This document shows positions 1 to 13,272 of a stretch of DNA of 64,000 nucleotides, in pieces; within the stretch, counting starts at the first letter, position 1, and each line of letters begins with the position of its first letter. The notes under the pieces are model-generated. The model did not search any database. It saw only the letters and a list, made by a program, of their open reading frames with translations, and was not told the DNA's origin. Origin of the DNA: Eledone cirrhosa (lineage: Eukaryota); assembly GCA_964016885.1 (NCBI GenBank), contig OZ024740.1, positions 171,926,001 through 171,990,000 of the forward strand. The letters are read 5' to 3'. A program made the translations under genes and the position numbers.

Positions 1-90
1 AACACTCGACGAGGTACGCAGGTTGGTTTGTTTACTCCGGAGTAATGTAAAATAAGTAAGTCAAACATGTAAAATTTGGCTTCGTTTATT

Positions 91-127
<37 letters not shown>

Positions 128-309
128 GTATATATACATGTATATATATATATATTCATGTGAGAAAAGCCACAGACCCTCCATCCCAACTCTACTTTTG
201 AAAAGCAGAAGAACTGCGAAACCGGTAAAGGAACCAAATAAATATATATATTTTTTTAAAAAATAAGACTCCAGTTGCATTTTCGATTTCATCTTTTTTT
301 CTTTATATA

Positions 310-397
<88 letters not shown>

Positions 398-944
398 CAG
401 TTATACTGTATATATATATATATACTGTATATATATGTGTGTATATATATATATATATATTGGTAAACGGAATAGAAAATGCTGACAAATTGTTCACAGT
501 TGAAAAATGGTTTAATTAGGAATAAAAGAGTATTAGTGATTGTATGGGTTAGTATTCAGTTCTGGTTTTAAGTTTTTAAGTTTTTACCGGTTGCGCATTT
601 CTAAATGCTTTTCAAAAATAATTTTGAGATAGAGTGTCCGTGCTGTTTGCTCTGATCTGATTAGTTTTGGGAATTCTACCTGTTTTTATGTTAAAAAAGT
701 GGCTCCAGCGTTATTTTTGTGTTGCAAAAATGCTTGTGGTCAAAACAATTTTGATTGGTCGGTAGAGGTCATGTGAATGTAAAAAGTTGATTTTGCGCCA
801 AGACTGTTTTTATGTTAAAAAAGTGGCTCCAGCAAAAATTCTTGGTCAAAACAATTTTGATTGGTCGGTAGAGGTCATGTGGATAAAAAATTGGTTTTGC
901 GCCAAGATTGAGAAATGACTCTTTCACGACAATTATGTGTGTGT

Positions 945-988
<44 letters not shown>

Positions 989-1063
989 GTGTAGTAGTAG
1001 TAGTAAGGTGTTCGATGCTGCGACAATGGCCATCAGCGATGTGTGTCAAATGGCTATTAAGAT

Positions 1064-1132
<69 letters not shown>

Positions 1133-1304
1133 GCAGAGTAATTCGATGGTCAGTAAGAATGTGTCTGAAAGCAATGGGGGGTATTTTAGCATGTCAAAAG
1201 ATATTTTTCAGTTTTTGTCTTATACGGAGAAGTGCGTGTGTGTGTGTGTGTGTGTGTGTATTAGTCTCTTTGTATGTTGATGTACGCGTGTGTATGTGTT
1301 TGTG

Positions 1305-1345
<41 letters not shown>

Positions 1346-1662
1346 ACCAGTATTGTTTTCCCCCTGGTAAAATGGTGTACATTATTCGATTTTTTTAGTA
1401 AAATCGGTTCTCTTAATAGAACATCAAAAATCTTAACAATAAAAGGTGTGAAATGATATTCACTATATATATATACACATACATATATTCACTACATATA
1501 TATATATATATATACATATATACATACATATATATACACATATATTTTTTTATATTGCACCATAGAGCATGTGTGTTTACGTGTGTCATTGTGTTTATAT
1601 GTGGGTAGAAATGTGTGCTGATGTAGGTATGTATGTTGACGTGTGCATGTTGTGGGTTCGTC

Positions 1663-2400
1663 TTAGGGAGAAGTGTTTAGACGGGGTCCGTATTTGTTAA
1701 TGAAGTAAGATTCCTTGCTGATGCGCTGGGTGTGGGTGGCATTATCTTTAAATTTGTAGAGGGGAAAGATTCTGAAGTTGGGATGATTTTGGGCGGCACA
1801 GGTATCAATGTGTTCACTCAGTGGTATTTTCCTGTATTCCCGTATTTTAATTTGGGATCTATGGACAGTCATGCGTTGGCGGAGGCTGTTTTTGGTCTGG
1901 CCTATGCATTGTTCTCGACAACCTGAGCAAGTTAATACATATATTAGATTTTCCGATGCACATGTGAAATTGTGTTTTACTATAAAACGTTGTCCATCTT
2001 TGAAATAGAATTCCGAACCCTCTATTAGGTTGATGCATATGCCACAGTTGGGTCTATCGCATTTTTTTTACTGTGGGTTTCGTTGTTGTGGTTGGCAGTA
2101 CTTTGGCATGTGTTAAGATGTTTTTCATTGACTTGGATTGTCTTTTGCTCTTTATGATATCGTGTGTTCGTAGAATTTGGTTCATGCTATGGTCCTTTTT
2201 CAATACAGGGATGTTCTGGAGGATGGTGTCAAAGGCCTCATTGTTGAGGGGGTTGTGTGTGGAGATGTATGGAAGAGCTTTTAGTTTTGGTTGATTTACT
2301 TTAGGGTGTCTAAGGTCCTGGGTACTGAGTTTTAGGGCATGTTGGATTCCATTGTCAATTAGTGATGCAGGGTAGTCCCTGCCTATGAGTGTGTCCTTTA
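1663..2400 (-). pseudogene. PLE Cys-rich linker plus GIY-YIG endonuclease (frameshifted)
   Basis: Same sequence as 11171-11776 (CDRPNCGIC...NLIYVLTCSGC...YIGQT...RMTVH), ending in RISKESYFINKYGPRLN. Confidence 0.85.
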
Positions 2401-2401
2401 G

Positions 2402-3634
2402 TTATTGTAGCCGTAAGTAGCAGGTGTTTTTATTGGAGACTATAGTACAGATTCTCTTGGCTAAGTTGTAGGGAATATTAATTTTAACGTGTCTAGGGTG
2501 GCAATAGTTGAAGGGGAGATATTGCTTGGAGTCTGTGGGCTTGTAGTATATGTCTGTTTCTATTTTTTTGTTATGGATCTTAATGAGGATGTCGAGGAAG
2601 GGGAGTTGTTGATGGCTGTATTCCATCGTGAAGTTAATATTTGTGTTGAGCCCATTTATAAGGGTGTGAAATTCTTTAAGTTTTTCGATGTTTTCGTGCC
2701 AAAGGATGAAGCAGTCATCTAGATATCGCTTCCAGTTCCTTTCTATGTGTAAGTGGAGGGTGTTTCCAAATTTGTTTAGGACTTTAGTGTAGAGGGTGAT
2801 TTCCAGGTATCCCATGACTAGGTTGGCATAAGTAGGGGCTGTTTTCGTTCCCATAGCGGTCCCAGATTTCTGCCTGTAGGGTTTGTTATTGAAAACGAAG
2901 TAATTGTTCTCCAAGATAAATTTGAGTCCCTCTATCACGAATTCTTTTTTGATGCGTTGTGGGAGTTCATTGTGGTAATTATCCAGCCAGAATTGGATAG
3001 ATTCTATTCCTAGGTTGTGGGGGATGTTGGAGTATAGGTTGACTACATCGAACGTCACTAGTAGGGTTTGTTCAGAAAGTGGCATATTAGGGAGGTGATT
3101 GAGCATATCTAGGTCGTCCCTTATATAGCTTTTGATGTGCTTGAGGAAGGGTTTGAGAAGGGTATCAATGAAGTTGCTAAGACGGTGCGTTTCGCAAGCG
3201 GGGCCTGCTATTATAGGTCTTAATTTGAGATCATTGGGTGAGGGGACATTGATGACTATGTCTGTGGCTTCCTTGCATGCCTTACTGATTGATTCGCTTT
3301 TATGTACTTTAGGGATACCGTAGAAAAGGCTGGATTTACTTGTGAAGTCTGTGATGAAGCTGAATTCCTTGTTAGTGAGTCCTTCTTTGTATTGGTTGAT
3401 TATAGTTTTTAGGTTTCTCATAACTTTCTGTTGATTGTAGTGTTCAGCCTTTTCGTAGTATGTTTCGTTTTCCAAAGTGGAGAGCGCTAAGTTGATATAG
3501 AATTCTGTCTCCATTAGGACTACTGTACTCCCTTTATCAGCCTCTTTAATTGTAATGGTTCTGTCGGTTTTTAATCTATTTAATTCTTCCCATTCTTTCT
3601 TGTTGAGGTTTTGCTTGTAAAAACTTAAAACCAC
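2402..3634 (-). pseudogene. PLE reverse transcriptase (truncated; first residues come from the inversion junction)
   Basis: Motifs IKEADKGS, FYGIPKVHK, LRPIIA, TFDVVNLYSNIP, QKSGTAMGT, RYLDDCF, LPFLDI, YYKPTD. Premature stop at 2402. Confidence 0.9.
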
Positions 3635-3912
3635 AACTGAATACTAACCCATACAATCACTAATACTCTTTTATTCCTAATTAAACCATTTTTCAACTGT
3701 GAACAATTTGTCAGCATTTTCTATTCCGTTTACCAATATACAATAACTTGTGTGTTACACCTCTATTCTTTTAACTATATATATATATACATATCTATAT
3801 ATATATTGACCAACTTACATACAACGACTGCATCGGGAAAGAGGTCAGGAAAAACTATAGGACCAGAGGACAGGACAACCTAGATAACATCAACGCCACG
3901 ACTAAAAAAATA

Positions 3913-4788
3913 ATGACCGGGCTAGGAATAGATGATAGGACAGAAATATATGTACCTAGAAAACCTCGGATATCCATTAAGGATCATAAATTAGACTTTA
4001 GGACAAATCTCCCTGTTAGGTTAATAGCACTCTCCAAATCGGACCTGGGTAGGGCCAGCAAGAATATCATAGATATGATACTACCGGTACTTAGAAATAA
4101 AACTAGGCTTAGCTTATGGATCTCCACGAAGGGGGTAATTGACTGGTTCTGGCTATTAGATAGCAAGCAACGGGTAAATTTCATTCAATTGGACATAGCG
4201 AATTACTACGCATCCGTATCACCAGTAACCGTGAACAAGGCCCTCATGAGCGCCATGGCGAAGTCCAACCTCACTAGAGAGGAAGCAAGCATCATAATAG
4301 CAGCGAGAAAGACGCTAATTAGCTTCGACAATAAATTATGGGAGAGGAGGGACAGACCCGACAGTTTCGATATTACTATGGGGTCGAGTGACTCGGCGCA
4401 GGTGACGGACATGGTTGGAATATATCTCCTCCAAAGGCTAGCGGAGGAGATCCCAGGGATCGGCGGAGGAATATATAGAGACGACGCACTACTTACCTTC
4501 CTCTCCCTAAACCCCAGCCAGCTGGAGCGTATGAGGAAGCGCATATCACATTTTTTTAAGCAGCACGGCTTATCCGTGCTGATAGATCCTAGCACTAAGA
4601 CGGTCAATTTCCTTGATGTTACTCTGGAACTGAATACGGGCATCCACCGACCATACCACAACCCCAACGAGAACCTACAATATGTGAACAGGCACTCGAA
4701 CCACCCCAAGTCCGTCATAAACGCCATAGTAAAAGGGGTATCCAAACACGTATCCACCCTGTCTGCTAACGCAGACGTATTTAACTAG
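3913..4788 (+). pseudogene. PLE reverse transcriptase fragment
   Basis: 291-aa ORF with a YRDD catalytic motif. In-frame stop at 4786-4788 lies just before the LTR insertion. Confidence 0.85.
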
Positions 4789-4811
4789 CACGCCGACTAT
4801 TATAATGAGGC

Positions 4812-5364
4812 TTTAGCAGTATTAGTTGTTGATGTTATCGCCACTTTAGCAGGGTGGTAGAATCAGTGGTCGTTAGTTGCCAGTGTGGTAAGTGATAGTA
4901 TCCTCGTTGGATTATCTTGTTGACATAGACGTGAGGGAAGGTCCCTCGATCTATTTACCATCTATTTACAATATTCCTTTCGTCAGGTCGCCAATTCCAG
5001 CAGCATGGATAAAAGATGTTATTGAGACACGAGGAACATAATAACGACTTCAACCGCAGTAATTAGAGATGAAATGTCTGTTTATTTATATGGTTGAAGT
5101 TACAGGTAAAAAGAGGTTACAAAAGGGAATGTGCCATTGCGCCGTTAAGCCGGCGAGGCTAGGGGTGCAATATCTCACTGTTACATTATGCGTGTTGCTG
5201 GCTTGAAGTTTCTGGTACAAGCTAGAGATTCTTCAAATCTTCGCGGGGAATTTCTTCCTCAGGGCGCGTAGGGATACATCCTCTTCTACTGGCGCTGATT
5301 GGCTGAACTGAGCCAAATCACGCACAGAGAATGTATGTGAGCCCGCGGAATGTAGGTCACTACA
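4812..5364 (-). mobile_element. Solo LTR related to the LTRs at 20830-21223 and 22647-23046
   Basis: 4-bp TSD AGGC (4808-4811, 5365-5368). Removing it restores the PLE reading YNEALSRAGY. Same termini TTTAGCAG...CACTACA as the LTR pair. Confidence 0.9.
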
Positions 5365-5903
5365 AGGCACTGAGCAGGGCCGGTTACACAGAAGCCATAG
5401 TGTACACCCTGGACAGGGAAGGGCCTAGCGGCGAGGCTCCCGGATATGAGGATAGCAATAGTACTTCCATAGGTAGACAGTACAATCTGGAACTAGCATC
5501 TAGGAATAGGAGTAACAGTATAGATTACTGCAAGGACGCAAGACTGACACTAAGACAGACGAAGGCACATGCGGATGGCAGACCACGCAGTACACGCAGA
5601 CGGAATCACGGCACGGACACAATACGCGACGCGGACACTAGAACTAGAGACAGGGTAAAGACAGATACAGACGTGAAACCAGGTAGAAGAAACACCCGGA
5701 TCAGTAACAACGAAATAGCCCCGACAACAGCACTAGATAGCATTAACGAGACTACCAGTAGAGCCGACAATATAGAACGGAATACTTCAGTAAGCGACCG
5801 GCGAAACCCCGACGCACACGGTAGATATATAGATAGATAGAGGCAACATAGGGGACGAAATAACAGGCAGACACAACCCGAGACGGACACCTGACCCACC
5901 ACA

Positions 5904-5957
<54 letters not shown>

Positions 5958-7024
5958 ACACTGACGACGGAATAGGACAAGGTCTAAGACCATTACATGG
6001 TTTAACGCGCCGTATTCGAAGCATGTATGCAGCAATGTGCCAAGCCATTTCTTCCAAGCCTTAGACGAGTGCTTCCCACCGTCGAACAGGTACCACAGGA
6101 TATTCAACCGCCACACTGTGAAGTTCTCCTTCTCCACTGCACCTAATATGGAGGACTACATGGCCAAAACCAACGCGGTGAAGTTGGGGAAATTCGACCG
6201 TCAACAGCGGCGGGCGACTGACGGTCACGCGGGGCACGGAGGGCCCCTTGCATACAGGGTCTCCAACTATACTCCGATGCCTAACGAAGGGCCTAGTATA
6301 TAAATGTGTGGTTAACACGCACAACACCAAGCGCACCTACATCGGCGCAACATCCACGACCTTTAAATCGAGGATGTATAATCACACAAACTCTTCCAAG
6401 GATCGGAGCAAGAGACACTCCACTATGCTGGCGGACCTAATATGGGACTTGAAAGACAACGGCACCCCGTATGATCTCAACTGGAGTATCGTTCAACATG
6501 CAAAGGCATATTCGGTTGGAAACAGGAAGTGTAGACTATGCCTTTCCGATCCATGGAGATAGTCAGATTGAAGGATGATGCGGTCAACCTGAAATCGGAG
6601 ATTATCATGACGTGCAGACCCAGAGAAGGTGCACATTCACCGCATGGACGCAACCGGACAGCTCAAGCTAAACGCAGGCGGGAAAGCGGACGCCGGTCCC
6701 AGCGGCGGCGCGGGTCCAAGGGATCAGACACCATTCCTTGTTGACTATGTATGCCCTATGGGGTAAGTCGACGCAACCTATGCTGCCTATCGGACTCGGC
6801 ACGTCATCCTAGGCAATGACATCGCATGAGCCGGGACACGCTGGCTCAACCTCCACGGATATTCAGTCCCGTACCATACATCAATAAGGCACTCTATCTC
6901 ACCCACAGTGATATGCTCCTTTATAGCCTGTATACATACATATATACATATGTGTAAGAATATATGTGCGAGTCTGTGTGTGTGTGTGTATGCACACGCG
7001 CAGGCGAAAAAATGTATAAGGGTA

Positions 7025-7071
<47 letters not shown>

Positions 7072-7303
7072 GAAAGGTATAGAAAATATTGTAGCAAAAA
7101 GCCAATAGTATTCCATAATATATAAGTGACTATAGCGTCAAAATGGCAAAAATAGTTAACGTAAGATGTGGGAAAAATAATTCAAACTCAACTCAAAGAG
7201 AATCAGGATATAGATTCATCCACAGAATTTAGTGAAATTTAGTGAAATTTATATATATATATATATAAAATTTAGAAGTTTACATACACATAAACTAGAC
7301 AGA

Positions 7304-7381
<78 letters not shown>

Positions 7382-7456
7382 TTTGGCAACCATTGACGGT
7401 GTGGCTCAATGACGAATTAATTAATTAAATAATCAACAATCAGAGCAATATATAAG

Positions 7457-7942
<486 letters not shown>

Positions 7943-8693
7943 ATAAATGTGTGTAGACGTATGTGTGTATACGTGTGTGTGGGCGTGTGGGTGGGTGTGT
8001 ATATATATATATATATGTATGTGTATGTATATGTACGGATGCGTACGTGTGTGTGTGCATGTACACGTGTGCGTGTATGTGTGTGTGTTTGTGTATATGC
8101 GTGCGTATATACACGCGCGTGTGTGCGTGTGTGCCTCTCTGTGTGCATGTATGCGTATATTTGTGACTATTTCTGTGTGTGAACGTAAGCACACAAGCGA
8201 CTCTATATGTATCTGTCAGTATCTGTGTGTGTGTGTGTGCGGGTAGGAGTGTGAGCTGACAAAGAGCAGTAATTGTGCCGATGTGGCAGTGGGTGAGTGA
8301 CAGCTCACGACCTGACGGTGAGCGGGCTGCTACAAGTGGTCAGAATAATGATGACGTCACTAACCAGTGACCAGCCCAAGGACGCGCAAAGCGGATGAAG
8401 GTGGACGATATAGGCTTGTAGGGCCAAATAATCCCAGAAAGAGGATACGATCCGAAATCAATTGACGTGTCCGAGGAACCTGCGAGTCCAGAGTCAGGTC
8501 GATCCACACACAGATCGCACCTCGAGCTGTTCGCCGGGGAAACAATTGTAACACAATAAATTGAGTTCCGATGCATCACTGATTTTTCGTTTTCCATTCT
8601 ATAATACTCTGCTCCGTAAGAGCATAGAGTCCTCAACCGGCATACCGCCTATAGAAGCATCTTAGCTACCATTAGACATATATATATATATAT

Positions 8694-8989
8694 AAGTAAG
8701 TATGTTTTGAAACAGTGAGCAAGTTTGAAATTAGAAAATAGAAGCTTTCACCGTATTTTTTGACTAAATAAATTTTAGCCTGATAGTGGGGTTTAGAATC
8801 CTCAGAGAAATGGAAAAAGATGAGTATTGACGTACATGGGAGTCGAACCCACATCTTTGGTTTTCCAGACCACTGTGCTACCATTACACCAACACATCAC
8901 CCATCTCTTACTACATTCTTAGCAAGTATGATGACAAGTAAGTATGTTTTGAAAAAGTGACCAAGTTTGAAATTAGAAAATAGAAGCTT
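8694..8989. repeat. 296-bp cassette with 54-bp terminal direct repeats, embedded in (TA)n
   Basis: 8694-8747 and 8936-8989 differ at 2 positions. Confidence 0.85.
8828..8898 (-). tRNA. tRNA-like cloverleaf (GGA at the anticodon position, Gln-like D-arm); tRNA-derived element or pseudo-tRNA
   Basis: Acceptor GATGTGT/GTACGTC with several G-U pairs. D-arm GTGT-AATGGTA-GCAC. Anticodon arm TGGT-CTGGAAA-ACCA. T-arm GTGGG-TTCGACT-CCCAT. T5 terminator at 8814-8818. Confidence 0.6.
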
Positions 8990-9197
8990 ATATATATATC
9001 AAAATAACGACAGAAGTCCAGCCTTCTGTTGTTTTAATGAATACTTTACTTCGTTCCTGCACCAACCACAGGATCCCACATCTACGATGGATGATTTGCA
9101 TAACGTTGAGTGGTTTAATTAATTTGTTGCATCATCGTTTACCGGCCCGAACCACCTGTTCTACTCACTGGTAAACAGACCAACATAAATGATATAT

Positions 9198-9407
<210 letters not shown>

Positions 9408-9584
9408 CAATCGTTGTGAGTTCCATTCCTGGACCGGGTGATGCGTTAGGTCCTTGAGCCAGACACTTTATTTCACGTTGCTCCTTCTACCTGGAGTTGC
9501 GACCGATAGAGAGTATTAGCAATTGGAAAGACCAATGGAAACATTGTTTCCTTGGTCCGATTTGGTCGATCGACTGTCGATATA

Positions 9585-9931
9585 TCTATTTACTAATATA
9601 ATACCCAATGTGTATTTGTCCGTCACACAATAGAGATGACTGAGGAAAGAAGGGATGATTATGTCGACTGAGGATGGAAGGGGTGATTACGTCGACTAAT
9701 ACACTCCCATCTATGTAATGACTGAGGAAGGGTGTTGTGAGAAACTAGACAAGTCCAGCGTTCTAAGATTCGTCACAGCTGTGTTTTTGCATGTTTCTAT
9801 CACTTGAATTAGTGGGCGCGAAGGAACCAACTAACCAACCAACCAACCAATCAATAAACAAACATCTCTTTTTATTATTATGTATAGATATCACAATTAG
9901 CCATCATTCTTGACGGTACGGGGCCAGCTAG
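9585..9931 (+). mobile_element. Non-autonomous Helitron-like element
   Basis: 5' A|TC start, subterminal hairpin CCATCA-TTCT-TGACGG, 3' CAGCTAG|T end, short internal tandem repeats at 9638-9730. Confidence 0.5.
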
Positions 9932-10530
9932 TATATATATATATATATTGGTAAACGGAATAGAAAATGCTGACAAATTGTTCACAGTTGAAAAATGGTT
10001 TAATTAGGAATAAAAGAGTATTAGTGATTGTATGGGTTAGTATTCAGTTGTGGTTTTAATTTTTAAGTTTTTACCGGTTGCGCATTTCTAAATGCTTTTC
10101 AAAAATAATTTTGAGATAGAGTATCCGTGTTGTTTGCTCTGATCTGATTAGTTTTGAGAATTCTACCTGTTTTTATTTTAAAAAAGTGGCTCCAGCGTTA
10201 CTTTGGTGTTGCAAAAATTCTTGTGGTCAAAACAATTTTGATTGGTCGGTAGAGGTCATGTGGATGTAAAAAATTGATTTTGCGCCAAGACTGTTTTTAT
10301 GTTAAAAAGTGGCTCCAGCGCTACTTGGTGTTTGCAAAAATTCTTGTGGTCAAAACAATTTTGATTGGTCGGTAGAGGTCATGTGAATAAAAAATTGGTT
10401 TTGCGCCAAGATTGAGAAATGACTCTTTCACAACAAATATGTGTGTGTGTGTGTGTGTGTGTGTAGTAGTAGTAAGGTGTTCGATGTTGTGATAATGGTT
10501 AGCAGGGATGTGTCAAACGGCTATTAAGAT

Positions 10531-10586
<56 letters not shown>

Positions 10587-10916
10587 CAGAGTAATTCGTG
10601 GTAGCAGGGATGGTCAGTAAGAATGTGTCTTAGCATGTCAAAAGATATTTTTCAGCTTTTGTCTTATACGGAGAAGTGCGTGTGTGTGTGTATAAGTCTC
10701 TTTGTATGTTAATGTACGTGTGTGTATGTGTGTGTGTATATATGTGGGTGTGTGTGTGTGTGTGTGTGGGTGGACCAGTATTTTTTTCCCCCTGGTAAAA
10801 TGGTGTACATTATTCGATTTTTTCAGTAAAATCGGTTCTCTTGATAGAACATTAAAAATCTTAACAATAAAAGGTGTGAAATGATATTCACTATATATAT
10901 ATACACATACATATAT

Positions 10917-11020
<104 letters not shown>

Positions 11021-11170
11021 TTTTTTTGTTGCACCATAGAGCATGTGTGTTTACGTATGTCATTGTGTTTATATGTGGGTAGAGATGTGTGCTGATGTAG
11101 GTATGTATGTTGACGTGTGTATGTTGTGGGTTCGTCTTAGGGAGAAGTGTTTAGACGGGGTCCGTGTTTG

Positions 11171-11776
11171 TTAATGAAGTAAGATTCCTTGCTGATGGGT
11201 GTGGGTGGCATTATCTTTAAATTTGTAGAGGGGAAAGATTCTGAAGTTGGGATGATTTTGGGCGGCACAGGTATCAATGTGTTCACTCAGTGGTATTTTC
11301 CTGTATTCCTGTATTTTAATTTGGGATCTATGGACAGTCATGCGTTGGCGGAGGCTGTTTTTGGTCTGGCCTATGTATTGTTCTCGACAACCTGAGCAAG
11401 TTAATACATATATTAGATTTCCCGATGCACATGTGAAATTGTGTTTTACTATAAAACGTTGTCCATCTTTGAAATAGAATTCCGAACCCTCTATTAGGTT
11501 GATGCAAATGCCACAGTTGGGTCTATCGCATTGTTTTACTGTGGGTTTCGTTGTTGTGGTTGGCAGTACTTTGGCATGTGTTAGGATGTTTTTCATTGAC
11601 TTGGATTGTCTTTTACTCTTTATGTTATCGTGTGTTCGTAGAATTTGGTTCATTCTATGGTCCTTTTTCAACACAGGGATGTTCTGGAGGATGGTGTCAA
11701 AGGCCTCATTGTTGAGGGGGTTGTGTGTGGAGATGTATGGAAGAGCTTTTACTTTCGGTTGATTTTTGAAAAGCAT
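11171..11776 (-). pseudogene. PLE GIY-YIG endonuclease fragment
   Basis: CDRPNCGIC linker, LIYVLTC...YIGQT motif, frameshift near the C-terminus. Confidence 0.85.
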
Positions 11777-11986
11777 TTAGAAATGCGCAACCGGTAAAAA
11801 CTTAAAAACTTAAAACCACAACTGAATATTAACCCATACAATCACTAATACTCTTTTATTCCTAATTAAACCATTTTTCAACTGTGAACAATTTGTCAGC
11901 ATTTTCTATTCCGTTTACCAATATATAATAACTTGTGTGTTACACCTCTATTCTTTTAACTATATATATATATATATATATATAAG

Positions 11987-12037
11987 GGCTTCCTGATGAT
12001 TTCTCCCGAATGAAACAGTTCTAGTCCTGTAGAAGCC
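11987..12037 (+). ncRNA. Type I hammerhead ribozyme (PLE pseudo-LTR)
   Basis: Stem I GGCTTC/GAAGCC, CTGATGA (11993-11999), stem II TTC/GAA, GAAA, stem III ACAG/CTGT, GUA cleavage triplet. Confidence 0.8.
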
Positions 12038-12040
12038 ATT

Positions 12041-12199
<159 letters not shown>

Positions 12200-12689
12200 T
12201 GAGTCGAAGAGTAAAGGGGTTACTGTTGTTACTCATGTTGTTTTTGTTATGCTAAGGACTGTCTTAATTAAAGGCATTCCAGTGATAACATAATGTATCA
12301 AAGACTACATTATCAAATATGTCATTTTTTTTTGTATTTTTGTATTTTTGAAGAAACAATACGGTTGTGAGTCAGAAGCTGAAGCTTGTATACCAACCAA
12401 TCGAGTAGTATTTCTCTAGATGTAAACTAGGATGTCTGTATATGTATCAGAAGCACTGTACTAGAATTGAGTGCAGTGGGTGACACCTGAGCTTTGTGGA
12501 GGGTCAATAATTGTTGAGAGATGAAGTATGTCTTTGAGATGTTATCCTAGCTATTTATTAGATATGCTTTCACCACAAGAATGAACCTCGGCAACGACTA
12601 TAATCTAGGATAACTAAGTATTACTGAATTGAAGAGTTATATTAGTTGTTTGAAGTACTGAGCAAAAGAAATGAGAAATTTAAAATTGT

Positions 12690-13272
12690 CTTCGTCCGAA
12701 GAAAGTACGTATGAGCAGATCAAATGAGAAAACGATGATTATATATTTTTAATGCTAAGGACTGGTATTGTTCATAAAGAATTTTTTTTCCTGTACAGAC
12801 ACTAATTGCACCGTGTACAAAGATACTTTGGACCGACTTCGAAAACGGATCCAGCGAGACCGAAAGTACATTGCAGGAGATTGAGTATTGCCACCACGAT
12901 AACGCGCCTACTCCCACGGCAACTTCAATAAGAGAATTTCTGGCAAAGTTAAACATTCCCACTCTTCTACATATTACCTACAGCTTAGATCTAGCTCCGT
13001 GTGATTTCTACCTCTTCCCTAAGTTGAAATCGAAGTTGAGGTGTCATCCTTTTGGGACTGTGGAAAACACAAAAAATTGTAACGGACGAGCTAAGGACAC
13101 TTTCAGAAAACGATTTCCGGTACTGCTAAGGAAAGAAAAACTGCAATGAAAAACAACGTTGGAACCACTGTGTGACTTCCCAGGGTTCGTATTTTGAAGG
13201 AGATAACTTTAATTTCATGTACGTCAAATATACATTTAAATAAAACACCAGTACTCTTACTTGGGACAAACG
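12690..13272 (+). mobile_element. mariner transposase 3' remnant
   Basis: ORF 12871-13149 contains HHDNAP and YSLDLAPCDFYLFPKLK, typical mariner catalytic motifs. Frameshifted. Confidence 0.85.

Larger units (their letters stand above)
461..3775 (-). mobile_element. Penelope-like retroelement (Neptune-type), 5'-truncated, with inverted pseudo-LTR
   Basis: RT ORF 2402-3634 and a downstream GIY-YIG region on the minus strand. 3617-3735 is the reverse complement of 461-~585. Both ends abut (TA)n. Confidence 0.9.
3808..6935 (+). mobile_element. Penelope-like retroelement of a second clade (possibly Nematis-like), degenerate, interrupted by a solo LTR
   Basis: RT 3913-4788 (LDIANYYAS, TMGSSDSAQ, IYRDDAL, NFLDVTL). 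WFNAPYS...IFNRHTVK linker near 5995-6150. GIY-YIG VYKC...TYIGAT...FKSRMYNH...CRLC at 6248-6562. Confidence 0.85.

Noticed and set aside
89-1456. [16 protein letters not shown] ORFs here and throughout the window
   Set aside because: These are translations of microsatellites, not genes.
5331-5840. 169-aa ORF as an independent gene
   Set aside because: It is a chimera of the LTR end and the low-complexity PLE linker.
8340-8670. Minus-strand ORF with Cys motifs, possibly a PLE endonuclease tail
   Set aside because: Similarity is too weak and requires several frameshifts.
8735-8812. CTGAGGA...GAAAGCTTC on the minus strand as a hammerhead in the tRNA cassette
   Set aside because: No stem I complementarity and no credible stem II.
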